From a virus (taxonomy: Duplodnaviria > Caudoviricetes), in the IMG/VR virus record IMGVR_UViG_3300020181_000020, positions 1 to 38,673 of that record: 38,673 nt of DNA. The stretch is one strand, 5' to 3'. Position numbers and translations under genes: made by a program. Of this stretch, positions 1 to 9,310 are shown piece by piece (position 1 is the stretch's first letter; every line of letters begins with the position of its first letter). Under the pieces are notes generated by a model that was not told the DNA's origin, did not search any database, and worked only from the letters and a program-made list of their open reading frames with translations.

Positions 1-3000
1 AGGACAAGGCTGGTAGATATCGTTATGCTAAGGGATCAAGAGATGAGCAGGGCAATCCTCTAAACGGTTATGCTTCTAGGCAAGACCGTGAGAACTTCCT
101 TGCAATGCAGAGTTCTTCTGCGGATATTGCTGCAAATTCTACGAAGACTGAAAAGAACTTTGATAAGATTGGGCGCAACATAGGTGCAGCAGCCGGTGTA
201 GGAGTCATGGGTATGTCAATGATGGCCGGTTCATCTGATGCTATAAATGATAAGTGGATCAATATTGCGTTAGTTGCAAGTTCTGCATTTATGATGTTCC
301 CTAACATGATTAGTGGAATGGTCGGTGGTTTTGGTAAGATTCTTGAAAAGGCAAAAGCTATTGGTCCTGCTCTAAACGGTGGAAATATTAAGAAGAACTT
401 TTCACTGCTTACAAGTTCTGCACGGCCACTAGATACACTTAAGACTCTGGCCCCACAGTTCACTAGGGTGGCCGGTGTGGCTTTGCGCATCTTTGGCCCG
501 GTAGGAATCCTGGCTGGTGGAGCATTAATTGTTAGGAAGATTGTTAGTGATATGCATGAAGTTGCTGCTGCATCTAGCGCAATGGCTAGCACAACCGAGG
601 CTTGGTCACAAGCTCTAGGTTACTCATATGTTCCAGGTCAGCTTCCGGGTATGGATGAGGCAGATGTAAGCAATTCACAGAAGGCAGCAACACTTGCTAA
701 GGAGATGGCAGATAGTGTTGACGGCCTTGCCGATGCGTTTGCTAATGTAAGTGATAAGGGCGAAGGATTCGATCGGGCAATGCAGCAGGCTCTAAAGGTT
801 GTAACTACCGGTGGATCAGTTGAGCAGGCTCGTCAAGCATTCGAAGCATCATTGCAAATGATGGATATTGATGAAGTCACAATGAGGCAGCTTATGGTTA
901 AGTTTGACCGCATTGACCTTTCTGACCCTGAAAGCGTCAGGGCAGTTATCACTGACCAGATTGAGAGAACATTTGACGGTAGCCTTGGTGTAGATATCGC
1001 TATCACTCCTTCTGAGGATGCTGACGGTGCTTGGCAGGGTATGTCAACCTGGATTGAGGAAAAGCTAGGTGGTGACCTAAGCGGACCGGTTGAGGCATTG
1101 GCTAGGGACCTAGGAAGTAATTTAACAACTGCTATTAATGCAGCCGGTGATAACATTCATGTTAAGGCGGATGCTTTTGAGGCCGCTGCCGGTGAGGCTT
1201 CTCAGATTTTCGATGGCATGTTCCAAGAGGTCATTAAGGATGACAGGGTGGCTGATCTTTTCGATGAGTTCGGAATTAAGACGGCTGATGAATTTGCTAG
1301 GCAGTGGCCTGAAATTCGTAAGAGGGCTGTAAATAACACCGGTTCTGCTTCCGATGAAGAGCTTAACAAGCTATTTATGAATAATGAAGATATAGCGGAC
1401 GCCTTCAATGCCTTGGAAGAATCATACGATCAGTTTATGGATAATTTCATTGACGGTATGATTAAGGCCGGTATTATCAGCGAAGCTGAGGGCAAGCGAA
1501 TCAAGGATGAAATTAACTCTATCGCTGAGGTGCAAGACAGAAAGCTCGGGGCTAGCACAACCGGTACTCTAGGCATTGAAGAAGTTGAGAAGAAGTATAC
1601 TAGGGCTCTTGCAAGTATGCAACAGGCTGGAAAGAGGCTTGGTAGTGAAGAACACCTATTGGTACTTAACACTCACCGCGCCATGCTTGGCCTAGAGGAT
1701 GCTGAAACTGTTGCACAGGGATTCGGCAATGCTACAGAGACCGCCGCAGGTCAAGTTGATGAACTAAGCAATGCTATTTCTGGCATTCCAGATCCTAACG
1801 GCATTATAACTTACAATCAGGACAATTACCAAGAGCTTGTTGATATGCGTCAGCAGATTCTACGTGGAGCTTCTAGCGATATGATGGCAGAAGCAAATCG
1901 TCAGTTTGATGAGGCTCGTTCCGCTGTTATAGACGGTCTACAGGCTCAGCAGGATGCAATTGAAGAAGGTTATGAGGATCAGGAAAAGGCTCAGGATGCT
2001 CACTTTGATCGTCTAGAGCGCGACCAGGACGCATATTGGGAAGGCCGTATCGAGGGTGCAGAAAATTATTGGGATGCCCAGGAGGAGGCTGCTCAGGACG
2101 CAGCAGATGCAGAGGATGCAGCATTTGAAAAGCGTATCCAGGGTATTCGTGACACAATTGAAGCTGAGCAAGATGCTGAGGAGAAGCGTAAGAGAATCTT
2201 TGAGGCTGAGCAGCAGCGCATCGACAGAATGGCTGAACGCCTTAACAGCAATATTGACTTCAACATTGCCCTTAACTCAGGTGATCTAGACCAGGCTGCC
2301 CGTATCTCTAATGAGGTAAGTGCGAGGGAGCAGAAGTGGTCTAACGAGGATGCAAACCTTACACTAGAAAGTGTTTCAGAACAACGCATTGCTGATCTTG
2401 AAGCTCAGATTGAAGGTTTGGAGACACAGCGCGAGCAGCGTAGGGAGTGGCATGAGGAGCGTCTTAATCAGATTCAGGAAGCTCGTGACTCAGCAATTGA
2501 GGCTTTGAAGACAGAGCAAGAAGCTGCTCGTGAAAACCTAGCTATTCAGCGTCAGATTGCAGAGGAGGGCTTGGCTGCACGACGTGAGGCTGACCGAAAG
2601 GCTCTAGAATCTCGTATAGCTTCTGAGCAGAGGCAGACTGAGGCCGATAGACGCGGATTGGCAGATCGTCTGCGCGCACTACAGGAGTTTGTTCCTCAGA
2701 ATGAGCAGGAACTTCGTGACCACACCGCCGAAGTAGAAAGAATTTACCAGGAGTACGGTGTTCACCTACAGTGGGAAGGTGGCAAGTGGGCCGGTATTGT
2801 TGGTAAGGCACTTGACGATAACGTAGATATTGCTGCAACTAACCTACAGACTTCTATTAACTGGAAGGGAATTGCTGCTAACATTGCAGGCCAGATCGGT
2901 GAAGGTCTAGGCATGACAATGGAACAGGTAAGAGCATTCCTACAGACTGGAACTCTACCACCTGGCCCTCAGTCTGCACCACCTGTTGGACCTTCTCTTG

Positions 3001-4466
3001 TTGGCGGTATGTCTATGGCTGATGTTAACCGTAGAGACTACGGTGGTCAACCAGCAAGACACACTGGAGGTGAAATTGGCGGTTCTGGATATAGTCAGAA
3101 GGATAGAACTGGTGTTCCTCGTAGTGCATCACCATACCCTTCCGAAGAGTTAATCATTGCAAAGACCGGTGAATACATGGTTAATGCTAAAGCTTACCGG
3201 AATAACAAGGATCTTGTTCAGCGGATTAATAATGGCGAAGATATCGGAGCCCCTGTTGGTCCACTAAGCTCATTCGCCACTGGTATTGCTGGTATGCACA
3301 TGATGAGTGCATTGCAGGTTGCTGGTATTGCAGCCAGAGGTAAGCTAGTTCAGGCAATTGCTGAAAGAGATGCCGCAGCCGCAGCCGCAGCGTCAATGGG
3401 AAGCACTGGTGTTATCGCTGATGGTAATATGCCTTGGGAGCGCCTATGGAATACCATTAGAGGCAGATTCCCTCAAGCCGGTCTAAATTCTGCCTACAAT
3501 GACCGTCGTGGCTCTAATGACTATCACGGTAGAGGAATGGCTGTTGACCTTGGACTCAGGGGAACCCCTGGTGGAGTCGGTAACATGTTCATGGCAGAAA
3601 TGAATCGTTGGATTTATGATAACTTCCGTGGATCAACAGAGCTTATCTATAATGGTCTCGGTGATGACAGGCCGAACCTAAAGAATGGTAGAGATTTTGC
3701 CTACAATGCTGCAACTCAGTTACAGCATAGAAACCACGTTCACTGGGCCATGACACCGGAGGCAATCGCTGCTGCCGGTGTGAAGATAGCTTCTGGTGGA
3801 ACTACTCCAGTCGGTTTCGGTGGAGATAGTGTTCGTGGTATTGTGCAGTCCGCAGCTAATCAACGAGGCTGGGGTGCCGGTGATCAATGGGCTGCAATTG
3901 ATTGGGTTATCAATAAGGAATCTAGTTGGAATCCAAATGCTCAGAACCCACGCTCTACTGCTTCCGGTTTGTTCCAGCACATTGATTCCACCTGGAATGC
4001 TTATAAGCGTCCTGGCGTCGCCGCACCTAAGATGCGTTTGGCTCCGGTAGCCGAGCAGGCATGGGCTGGTATGAACTACTTTGGTAAGCGTTACGGAAGT
4101 CCGGCACAGGCTAGAGTATTTTGGCAGCGAAATGGTTGGTATGATAATGGTGGGTACCTGATGCCAGGTGAGAATCAGATTGTATCTAATGGTACCCGAG
4201 TTCCTGAGCCAGTTTTCACTGGTCCACAGTGGGATATTCTTAAGGCCAACATTGGCAATGCAAGATATGATCTTCCAGGCCGCCCCGGTACAGCAATGCC
4301 AGTTAAGGTTGTTGATAATGTTGCATCAGGAGAGCAAAACGTGTATGATATTACTATTGACCTACGAGGAGCATATGTCAAGGAAGAAATTGACATTCAA
4401 ACAGCTGTCGAAAAGGCAATTGACGCCCGTGAGGCACGCAACGGTAGAAGGAGAGTTATCAAGTAA
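1..4466 (+). CDS. Tape measure protein, 5'-truncated, with C-terminal peptidoglycan peptidase-like and lytic transglycosylase domains
   Basis: ORF track gives 105..4466 and the frame stays open back to the window edge. Long Ala/Gly/Glu-rich helical and coiled-coil sequence; DYHGRGMAVDL...HRNHVH motif; INKESSWNPNAQN...ASGLFQ SLT-type motif; followed by tail genes. Confidence 0.9.
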   Translation, partial: DKAGRYRYAKGSRDEQGNPLNGYASRQDRENFLAMQSSSADIAANSTKTEKNFDKIGRNIGAAAGVGVMGMSMMAGSSDAINDKWINIALVASSAFMMFPNMISGMVGGFGKILEKAKAIGPALNGGNIKKNFSLLTSSARPLDTLKTLAPQFTRVAGVALRIFGPVGILAGGALIVRKIVSDMHEVAAASSAMASTTEAWSQALGYSYVPGQLPGMDEADVSNSQKAATLAKEMADSVDGLADAFANVSDKGEGFDRAMQQALKVVTTGGSVEQARQAFEASLQMMDIDEVTMRQLMVKFDRIDLSDPESVRAVITDQIERTFDGSLGVDIAITPSEDADGAWQGMSTWIEEKLGGDLSGPVEALARDLGSNLTTAINAAGDNIHVKADAFEAAAGEASQIFDGMFQEVIKDDRVADLFDEFGIKTADEFARQWPEIRKRAVNNTGSASDEELNKLFMNNEDIADAFNALEESYDQFMDNFIDGMIKAGIISEAEGKRIKDEINSIAEVQDRKLGASTTGTLGIEEVEKKYTRALASMQQAGKRLGSEEHLLVLNTHRAMLGLEDAETVAQGFGNATETAAGQVDELSNAISGIPDPNGIITYNQDNYQELVDMRQQILRGASSDMMAEANRQFDEARSAVIDGLQAQQDAIEEGYEDQEKAQDAHFDRLERDQDAYWEGRIEGAENYWDAQEEAAQDAADAEDAAFEKRIQGIRDTIEAEQDAEEKRKRIFEAEQQRIDRMAERLNSNIDFNIALNSGDLDQAARISNEVSAREQKWSNEDANLTLESVSEQRIADLEAQIEGLETQREQRREWHEERLNQIQEARDSAIEALKTEQEAARENLAIQRQIAEEGLAARREADRKALESRIASEQRQTEADRRGLADRLRALQEFVPQNEQELRDHTAEVERIYQEYGVHLQWEGGKWAGIVGKALDDNVDIAATNLQTSINWKGIAANIAGQIGEGLGMTMEQVRAFLQTGTLPPGPQSAPPVGPSLVGGMSMADVNRRDYGGQPARHTGGEIGGSGYSQKDRTGVPRSASPYPSEELIIAKTGEYMVNAKAYRNNKDLVQRINNGEDIGAPVGPLSSFATGIAGMHMMSALQVAGIAARGKLVQAIAERDAAAAAAASMGSTGVIADGNMPWERLWNTIRGRFPQAGLNSAYNDRRGSNDYHGRGMAVDLGLRGTPGGVGNMFMAEMNRWIYDNFRGSTELIYNGLGDDRPNLKNGRDFAYNAATQLQHRNHVHWAMTPEAIAAAGVKIASGGTTPVGFGGDSVRGIVQSAANQRGWGAGDQWAAIDWVINKESSWNPNAQNPRSTASGLFQHIDSTWNAYKRPGVAAPKMRLAPVAEQAWAGMNYFGKRYGSPAQARVFWQRNGWYDNGGYLMPGENQIVSNGTRVPEPVFTGPQWDILKANIGNARYDLPGRPGTAMPVKVVDNVASGEQNVYDITIDLRGAYVKEEIDIQTAVEKAIDAREARNGRRRVIK

Positions 4467-4867
4467 TGCCAGAGAAATTTGATATCAATGCTCTTATGGA
4501 GTTTAATAACAATAAAGTAACTGACCACAATAGGCAGCCTTTATCAGTTACTGTTGAGAGGATTGAGAGCCCTAAGCGAATGGCTAACGGAACTCGAAGA
4601 AAGTATGTTGTAGCAGATAAGCGAACATTCAGCACTTCATGGAATGAATTGCCAAGTAGCGCAACTTATACAGTCGATGGATTTTGGGGCGGAGAGGAGC
4701 TTGAAAACTTTTATAATAATAATGCTGGTGAGTTCACTTTAAAGCTTACTTATGGTGATAAGACTCAGAAATCGTTCCGAGTCATGTTCACCAGTTTTAG
4801 AAAGACTCTTTCTAAGAGAGGGTTATATGATTTTTGGGAACTTAATATAGAAATGGAAGAGGTATAA
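4466..4867 (+). CDS. Minor tail protein (distal-tail-like)
   Basis: 133 aa, TAATG-coupled directly after the tape measure; RMANGTRRKYVVADKRTF motif typical of siphovirus minor tail proteins. Confidence 0.65.
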   Translation: MPEKFDINALMEFNNNKVTDHNRQPLSVTVERIESPKRMANGTRRKYVVADKRTFSTSWNELPSSATYTVDGFWGGEELENFYNNNAGEFTLKLTYGDKTQKSFRVMFTSFRKTLSKRGLYDFWELNIEMEEV

Positions 4868-7800
4868 TGAAGTCAGCAACAGCCGCAGCGCGAGAAACTC
4901 TTATGGAGAGTCATTCAATTCGTGCGGTACCTAAGCTGCTTGCCGAGTGGGAGCATAATCGTTTTAGCAAGATCAAGCAGGTTAACGCCGGTGATGAGGA
5001 TAAGATTTATGTTTCTGTCACTCCAGCAAATGACCCGTCTGATGTTGAATGGAATAGTATTTATGACATTAACTCCATTAGTATGCCTAATCGTCCAAAC
5101 ACTGGCATTGCTAAGGCAAGGTTAAGTGAACCAATTAAGTTACAAGACGGATACAGGGATAAGCCTGCACAGGCCCGGTTTTACTTGGCCTCTGCCGAGG
5201 ATACCTATAAGTATTGGTCATCAAGCCAGCGTACCAAGCTAAGTCCAGTTGCCACATCGGACTATGAGTTTGTTACGCCTATAACATTAACACTGATCTA
5301 TGACGAGCCAGTAATTTCTAACAAGATAGTTGTTGGTTTTGACTTGAGCTATGCAAGGCCAAAGTCTTACGATATTCAGATTACAGAAGACGGCACAACA
5401 TGGCAGACGGTTTCTTCTGATGTAATCCCTAACTCAACTACCGGTCTTGTTGTTTTATGGAGAGCTAGCGATAATTCAGAAACTTGGTCAAATGTGCCTA
5501 ACTATAACGGGGCCGGTTGGCTTCAAGGCATTCGTCTAGTGGTAAGAAGTATGAATGAAGGCTATGCTAATCTAGACGTTATACAGATGGGTTTGCGTCT
5601 AGAGCATGATTTATCAGAATTCTTGATTAATTATAGTAAAGATTTTGAGATTTCAGAGCGCTCCTTCATTGCTCCGCTGGGGCGTTGCTCCTCAAACACG
5701 GCTACCATTGAACTAACCAACATTGATCTTCGCTTTAATAATGAAAATGAGGATTCCATTTACTATGGTTTAATTGATAAGAAGGTTAAGTTCACTCTTG
5801 ATTTAAGTGTTGATGCCACTCCACGGAACGGCTCGGTAGACGAGCGTTTCCGTGAGTTTACTATGTGGGCTGATACATGGGGAGGTCAAGACGACGATTC
5901 TGTAGAGGTCGGACTAAAGGATTCTTCTGTATTCTTGCAAGATACAGAAATGCCTAATATCTTTTGGGAGAACATGACTGTTGGAGCAATTATCTGGCAG
6001 TTAATGGATGAGGTTGGTATGACCAATTATAACTATACTCGTGAAGTTGTTGATACGGGGCAGGTAATTCCTTACTTCTGGTCAGAAGAGGGAAGTGTGT
6101 GGGATCAAATCAGCAAGTTGTCTGAGGGTACTCAAACCGCAGTTTGGTTTGACGAGTATGATGTTATGCAAATTAAGACTCGTAAGTCTGTATTTGGACC
6201 GGCCAAAACGGTAAGCTGGAACTTCGATGCGGTCCCTAACGGTCAGAAGCTAGCAGATATCGTTGATCTTTCGGGTGATGATGATATGGCTGTTAATCAA
6301 GTAGAGATTAAGTGGAAGCCAGCAGAATTCCAAGAGACCAAGGGGTTTCCAATTATGGAAACTGTATGGGAACCAGAAGAGGAAGACATTGTGCTGCGCG
6401 CCGCCGCCTTAACCCGTGACCTTCTGGTTAACCAGATGGAAATGTTTATTGAACAAAAGGATGTTCAGTATTGGCCTTATGAGTCTTTGGTAAATATTCG
6501 CGGTGAAATAATTCGTTATCGTGGTAAGGACTATGCGTATCACGATGTTGATGGCAAGAAAAAGTTTAAGTATATTTACAGCAAGGAAGAAAAGGATGAG
6601 CTTGACGCTGCTTCTCATCCTAACATGTTTTGGGCTAATAGTTTTACAGGAAAGCTAAAGATTGCCGAGCGTGGAGTGGGCGGAAGTGGCAAGACAAATC
6701 ATAAGATTAAGTCTTCTACGTATACTGGTAAGGCTACCGGATACAATGATAACTTCTATATCCCTATTGATTTGACTAGGGCCGGTATGTTTTATAATCC
6801 TGATGGAACTGTTACGCTTTCTTCTGTGTTTGGTGCTATGGATTATTTTGCGGTTGACCATGAGGCTGAGATTTCTAGTTCTCCAAATGCTACATACGGA
6901 ACTAGATTTAAGTTTCCGAAGAATAACATTCGTCCTGATCATGCCTGTGCGGGTATTAGGATTGATGGAGATTGGGGTGACACCGGTTATTGGATTGAAG
7001 TTTCTCCAACTTACATTGTAGAGCGAGAGAACAGAGTTCATCGTCACGAAGTTTCCTTGGTTCACATGGGAACAAACAAGGCTGGTATTCGTTGGCCTAT
7101 GGCTCCCAACTGGTTCAATAAGGGATATGCTGTTACAATTCTTCCTGATCAATGGTATGATTTAGATGTTAGGCATGCCGTGCGCCCCAATGGGGATGCT
7201 CAAATTACTGCCTACATTAATGGTGTCGCTTTGGGTAGTTGGACAATTGCTGCGAATCTTCGGCCGGTCTCGCAGCGTAAGAATAGTCTATTTGTTCGTG
7301 GTAACTGTAAGTGTGATTTCGAATACTTTTATGGTATGAATCATGCTGCCAGCGAAGTCCCCGGTCCAGATGAGTCAAGTTATCTTGATTTGAAGACAGG
7401 AAGCTTTACCTCTGGTTTCATTGAGAGGGAGTGGAGGTTTTATTCCTACCTTGCTCACAATCGAGGGCCAGCCCGGTTCGGTAAGTGGGTAGCCACATCT
7501 CTTAATAGTCCTGGTAATTATTTCTTCGATGAGTTTGGTCCAATTGTTCACGAAATGCGTGAATTTACTGTAGACTTCGAAGAGGATAGTGTACCGGTCG
7601 GCCATTCTTACCTATACTTTACGGGACAGGATCAAATTGCTTGTCTTGATTATACTGCTGATGCCTTTAGTGCGAAGTTTACGCTAGTTAATACTATGCG
7701 TAGAGATGCAATTGTTAAGGGTGAGGATGCGGTAACTCTTGGTGAAGACAATAAGATTCAGCAGAAGATTTTTGTCTATGGACGTACTCTATCCAATCCA

Positions 7801-8130
7801 GAAGACGCTAATACCATTATTAAGAAGGATGAGGATTCTATTCGACGCAAGGGGGTTATTTCTCTTGAATTCGATAATAAGTTTATTCAAAGTGAGGTCG
7901 CCGCAAATGAACTTGGTCAGTGGGTTCTTGATCAATGGGCCACCGGTGTAGATGAATTAACTTTAAATGTTTTCGGTAATTATCTAATTCAGCTTGGAGA
8001 CTTGGTTACTATCAATTTTCCTGCTAAGAACATGAACCCGTCTGAGCATAAGTATTATGTGGTGTCTTTGAAGAATAGTTTTGATAAGGGACTTACTACA
8101 AGTCTGATCTTGAGGCGAGCACGCTCCTAA
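4867..8130 (+). CDS. Large minor tail / baseplate hub protein
   Basis: 1087 aa, beta-rich; hub-like C-terminus (DEDSIRRKGV...LGDLVTINFP...YYVVSL); position after tape measure. Confidence 0.75.
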   Translation: MKSATAAARETLMESHSIRAVPKLLAEWEHNRFSKIKQVNAGDEDKIYVSVTPANDPSDVEWNSIYDINSISMPNRPNTGIAKARLSEPIKLQDGYRDKPAQARFYLASAEDTYKYWSSSQRTKLSPVATSDYEFVTPITLTLIYDEPVISNKIVVGFDLSYARPKSYDIQITEDGTTWQTVSSDVIPNSTTGLVVLWRASDNSETWSNVPNYNGAGWLQGIRLVVRSMNEGYANLDVIQMGLRLEHDLSEFLINYSKDFEISERSFIAPLGRCSSNTATIELTNIDLRFNNENEDSIYYGLIDKKVKFTLDLSVDATPRNGSVDERFREFTMWADTWGGQDDDSVEVGLKDSSVFLQDTEMPNIFWENMTVGAIIWQLMDEVGMTNYNYTREVVDTGQVIPYFWSEEGSVWDQISKLSEGTQTAVWFDEYDVMQIKTRKSVFGPAKTVSWNFDAVPNGQKLADIVDLSGDDDMAVNQVEIKWKPAEFQETKGFPIMETVWEPEEEDIVLRAAALTRDLLVNQMEMFIEQKDVQYWPYESLVNIRGEIIRYRGKDYAYHDVDGKKKFKYIYSKEEKDELDAASHPNMFWANSFTGKLKIAERGVGGSGKTNHKIKSSTYTGKATGYNDNFYIPIDLTRAGMFYNPDGTVTLSSVFGAMDYFAVDHEAEISSSPNATYGTRFKFPKNNIRPDHACAGIRIDGDWGDTGYWIEVSPTYIVERENRVHRHEVSLVHMGTNKAGIRWPMAPNWFNKGYAVTILPDQWYDLDVRHAVRPNGDAQITAYINGVALGSWTIAANLRPVSQRKNSLFVRGNCKCDFEYFYGMNHAASEVPGPDESSYLDLKTGSFTSGFIEREWRFYSYLAHNRGPARFGKWVATSLNSPGNYFFDEFGPIVHEMREFTVDFEEDSVPVGHSYLYFTGQDQIACLDYTADAFSAKFTLVNTMRRDAIVKGEDAVTLGEDNKIQQKIFVYGRTLSNPEDANTIIKKDEDSIRRKGVISLEFDNKFIQSEVAANELGQWVLDQWATGVDELTLNVFGNYLIQLGDLVTINFPAKNMNPSEHKYYVVSLKNSFDKGLTTSLILRRARS

Positions 8131-8149
8131 TTCTTAGTCGCCTAAGAAT

Positions 8150-8177
8150 TTGACATTAGGAGGATAGGGAGTATACT
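8150..8177 (+). promoter_or_regulatory. SigA/sigma70-type promoter, probably for a leaderless mRNA
   Basis: TTGACA-16nt-TATACT; ATG at 8184 follows a 6-nt gap; preceded by hairpin AATTCTTAG-tcgc-CTAAGAATT (8129-8150). Confidence 0.6.
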
Positions 8178-8183
8178 AAAATC

Positions 8184-8492
8184 ATGCCAAACGATAGAAG
8201 AGATATTGAGCTAGACCCCAGGTTCCTTGTTCCGCCGGGTGTTGTTGATATCCGCCAAGAAAATAACGAGAACAGCTATCAAGTATATGAAAATAGTGAT
8301 GATGTTGTCGACGCAACCGATGGCCCAGTATTGGAATTTCCTAACTCACCAATTCCAAGTGCCCCAACTGGTTATTCTATTGTTTCGCAGACAATTCGGA
8401 TTGGTGATGACGGAACTACTAGGGTTGATGTACTATTAGAATTACCAGATAATGGAGCATTCGATATTGATGTGAGGTTTACTCCAGCATGA
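8184..8492 (+). CDS. Small acidic tail-module protein
   Basis: 102 aa ORF, ATGA overlap with the next gene. Confidence 0.6.
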   Translation: MPNDRRDIELDPRFLVPPGVVDIRQENNENSYQVYENSDDVVDATDGPVLEFPNSPIPSAPTGYSIVSQTIRIGDDGTTRVDVLLELPDNGAFDIDVRFTPA

Positions 8493-9310
8493 TTACTGCT
8501 AATGGAAAATTACAGATTAAGCGTTACTTGGCGGGACAGTCTCCAGAGATTGCTGCCTTTATCGCTTTAGGAACCAGCTCTGCAGCAGTTAATGTGAATA
8601 ATACACGCCTTGGCTTTGAAGTCGTGAGAGTCCCTGTTCTTTCTGTTTCTGTTGATCCGAATAGTGATAAAATTGTATTCCGAGGTTCTGTAGAGCCCAA
8701 CTTGATTAGTACAGCCTATGAGGTTGGTCTTTGGGGCTCATCTCCGGTGGACACCGGCCGCGCCCTGGGCGTAATTGGTCCTGATCTTCCGGTGATTTGG
8801 ACTAATGGAACAATGTCTAGTTCAAATGCTAGAGTTTCTATCTCCGCGCTTAAGATTGACTACAATGCAAACGGAACTACTAATGCTGAATTGTCTGGCT
8901 TTTTTGAAGACCTTTCCCAATTTACGGATATAGACTCTTTAGTTGTTGCATATCATGCTACAACTAACTTATCAAGCGTTAGGGTTCGCATGGGCACCGA
9001 TGCTACGAACTATTATGAGTTTGTCCTCCCAGCACCGGTAGCTAATAGCTACAACATAGCTCGCGTAACCCGAAGCGCTGCAACTAAGACTGGTTCGCCA
9101 GACTGGTCAGCGATTACATATATTGCTATTAGACCAAGTGCCACCGCCGCCGGTTCAGGAAGTGTGTATGTTGATGGAGTTAGGTTTGAAACAAACTCCA
9201 TTGATAATAATAGTCTATTAGTAGCTAGAACAGTCCTTGCTACTCCTACTTCTATGGATTTGGATATTCCTAGTGATATAGAATACTCTATAAGGGTTGA
9301 TGTTGTATGA
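8489..9310 (+). CDS. Minor tail protein
   Basis: 273 aa; N-terminal ITANGK...IALGTSS...TRLGFEVVR motif of tail-collar/fibre-base type proteins; central carbohydrate-binding-like region. Confidence 0.7.
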   Translation: MITANGKLQIKRYLAGQSPEIAAFIALGTSSAAVNVNNTRLGFEVVRVPVLSVSVDPNSDKIVFRGSVEPNLISTAYEVGLWGSSPVDTGRALGVIGPDLPVIWTNGTMSSSNARVSISALKIDYNANGTTNAELSGFFEDLSQFTDIDSLVVAYHATTNLSSVRVRMGTDATNYYEFVLPAPVANSYNIARVTRSAATKTGSPDWSAITYIAIRPSATAAGSGSVYVDGVRFETNSIDNNSLLVARTVLATPTSMDLDIPSDIEYSIRVDVV

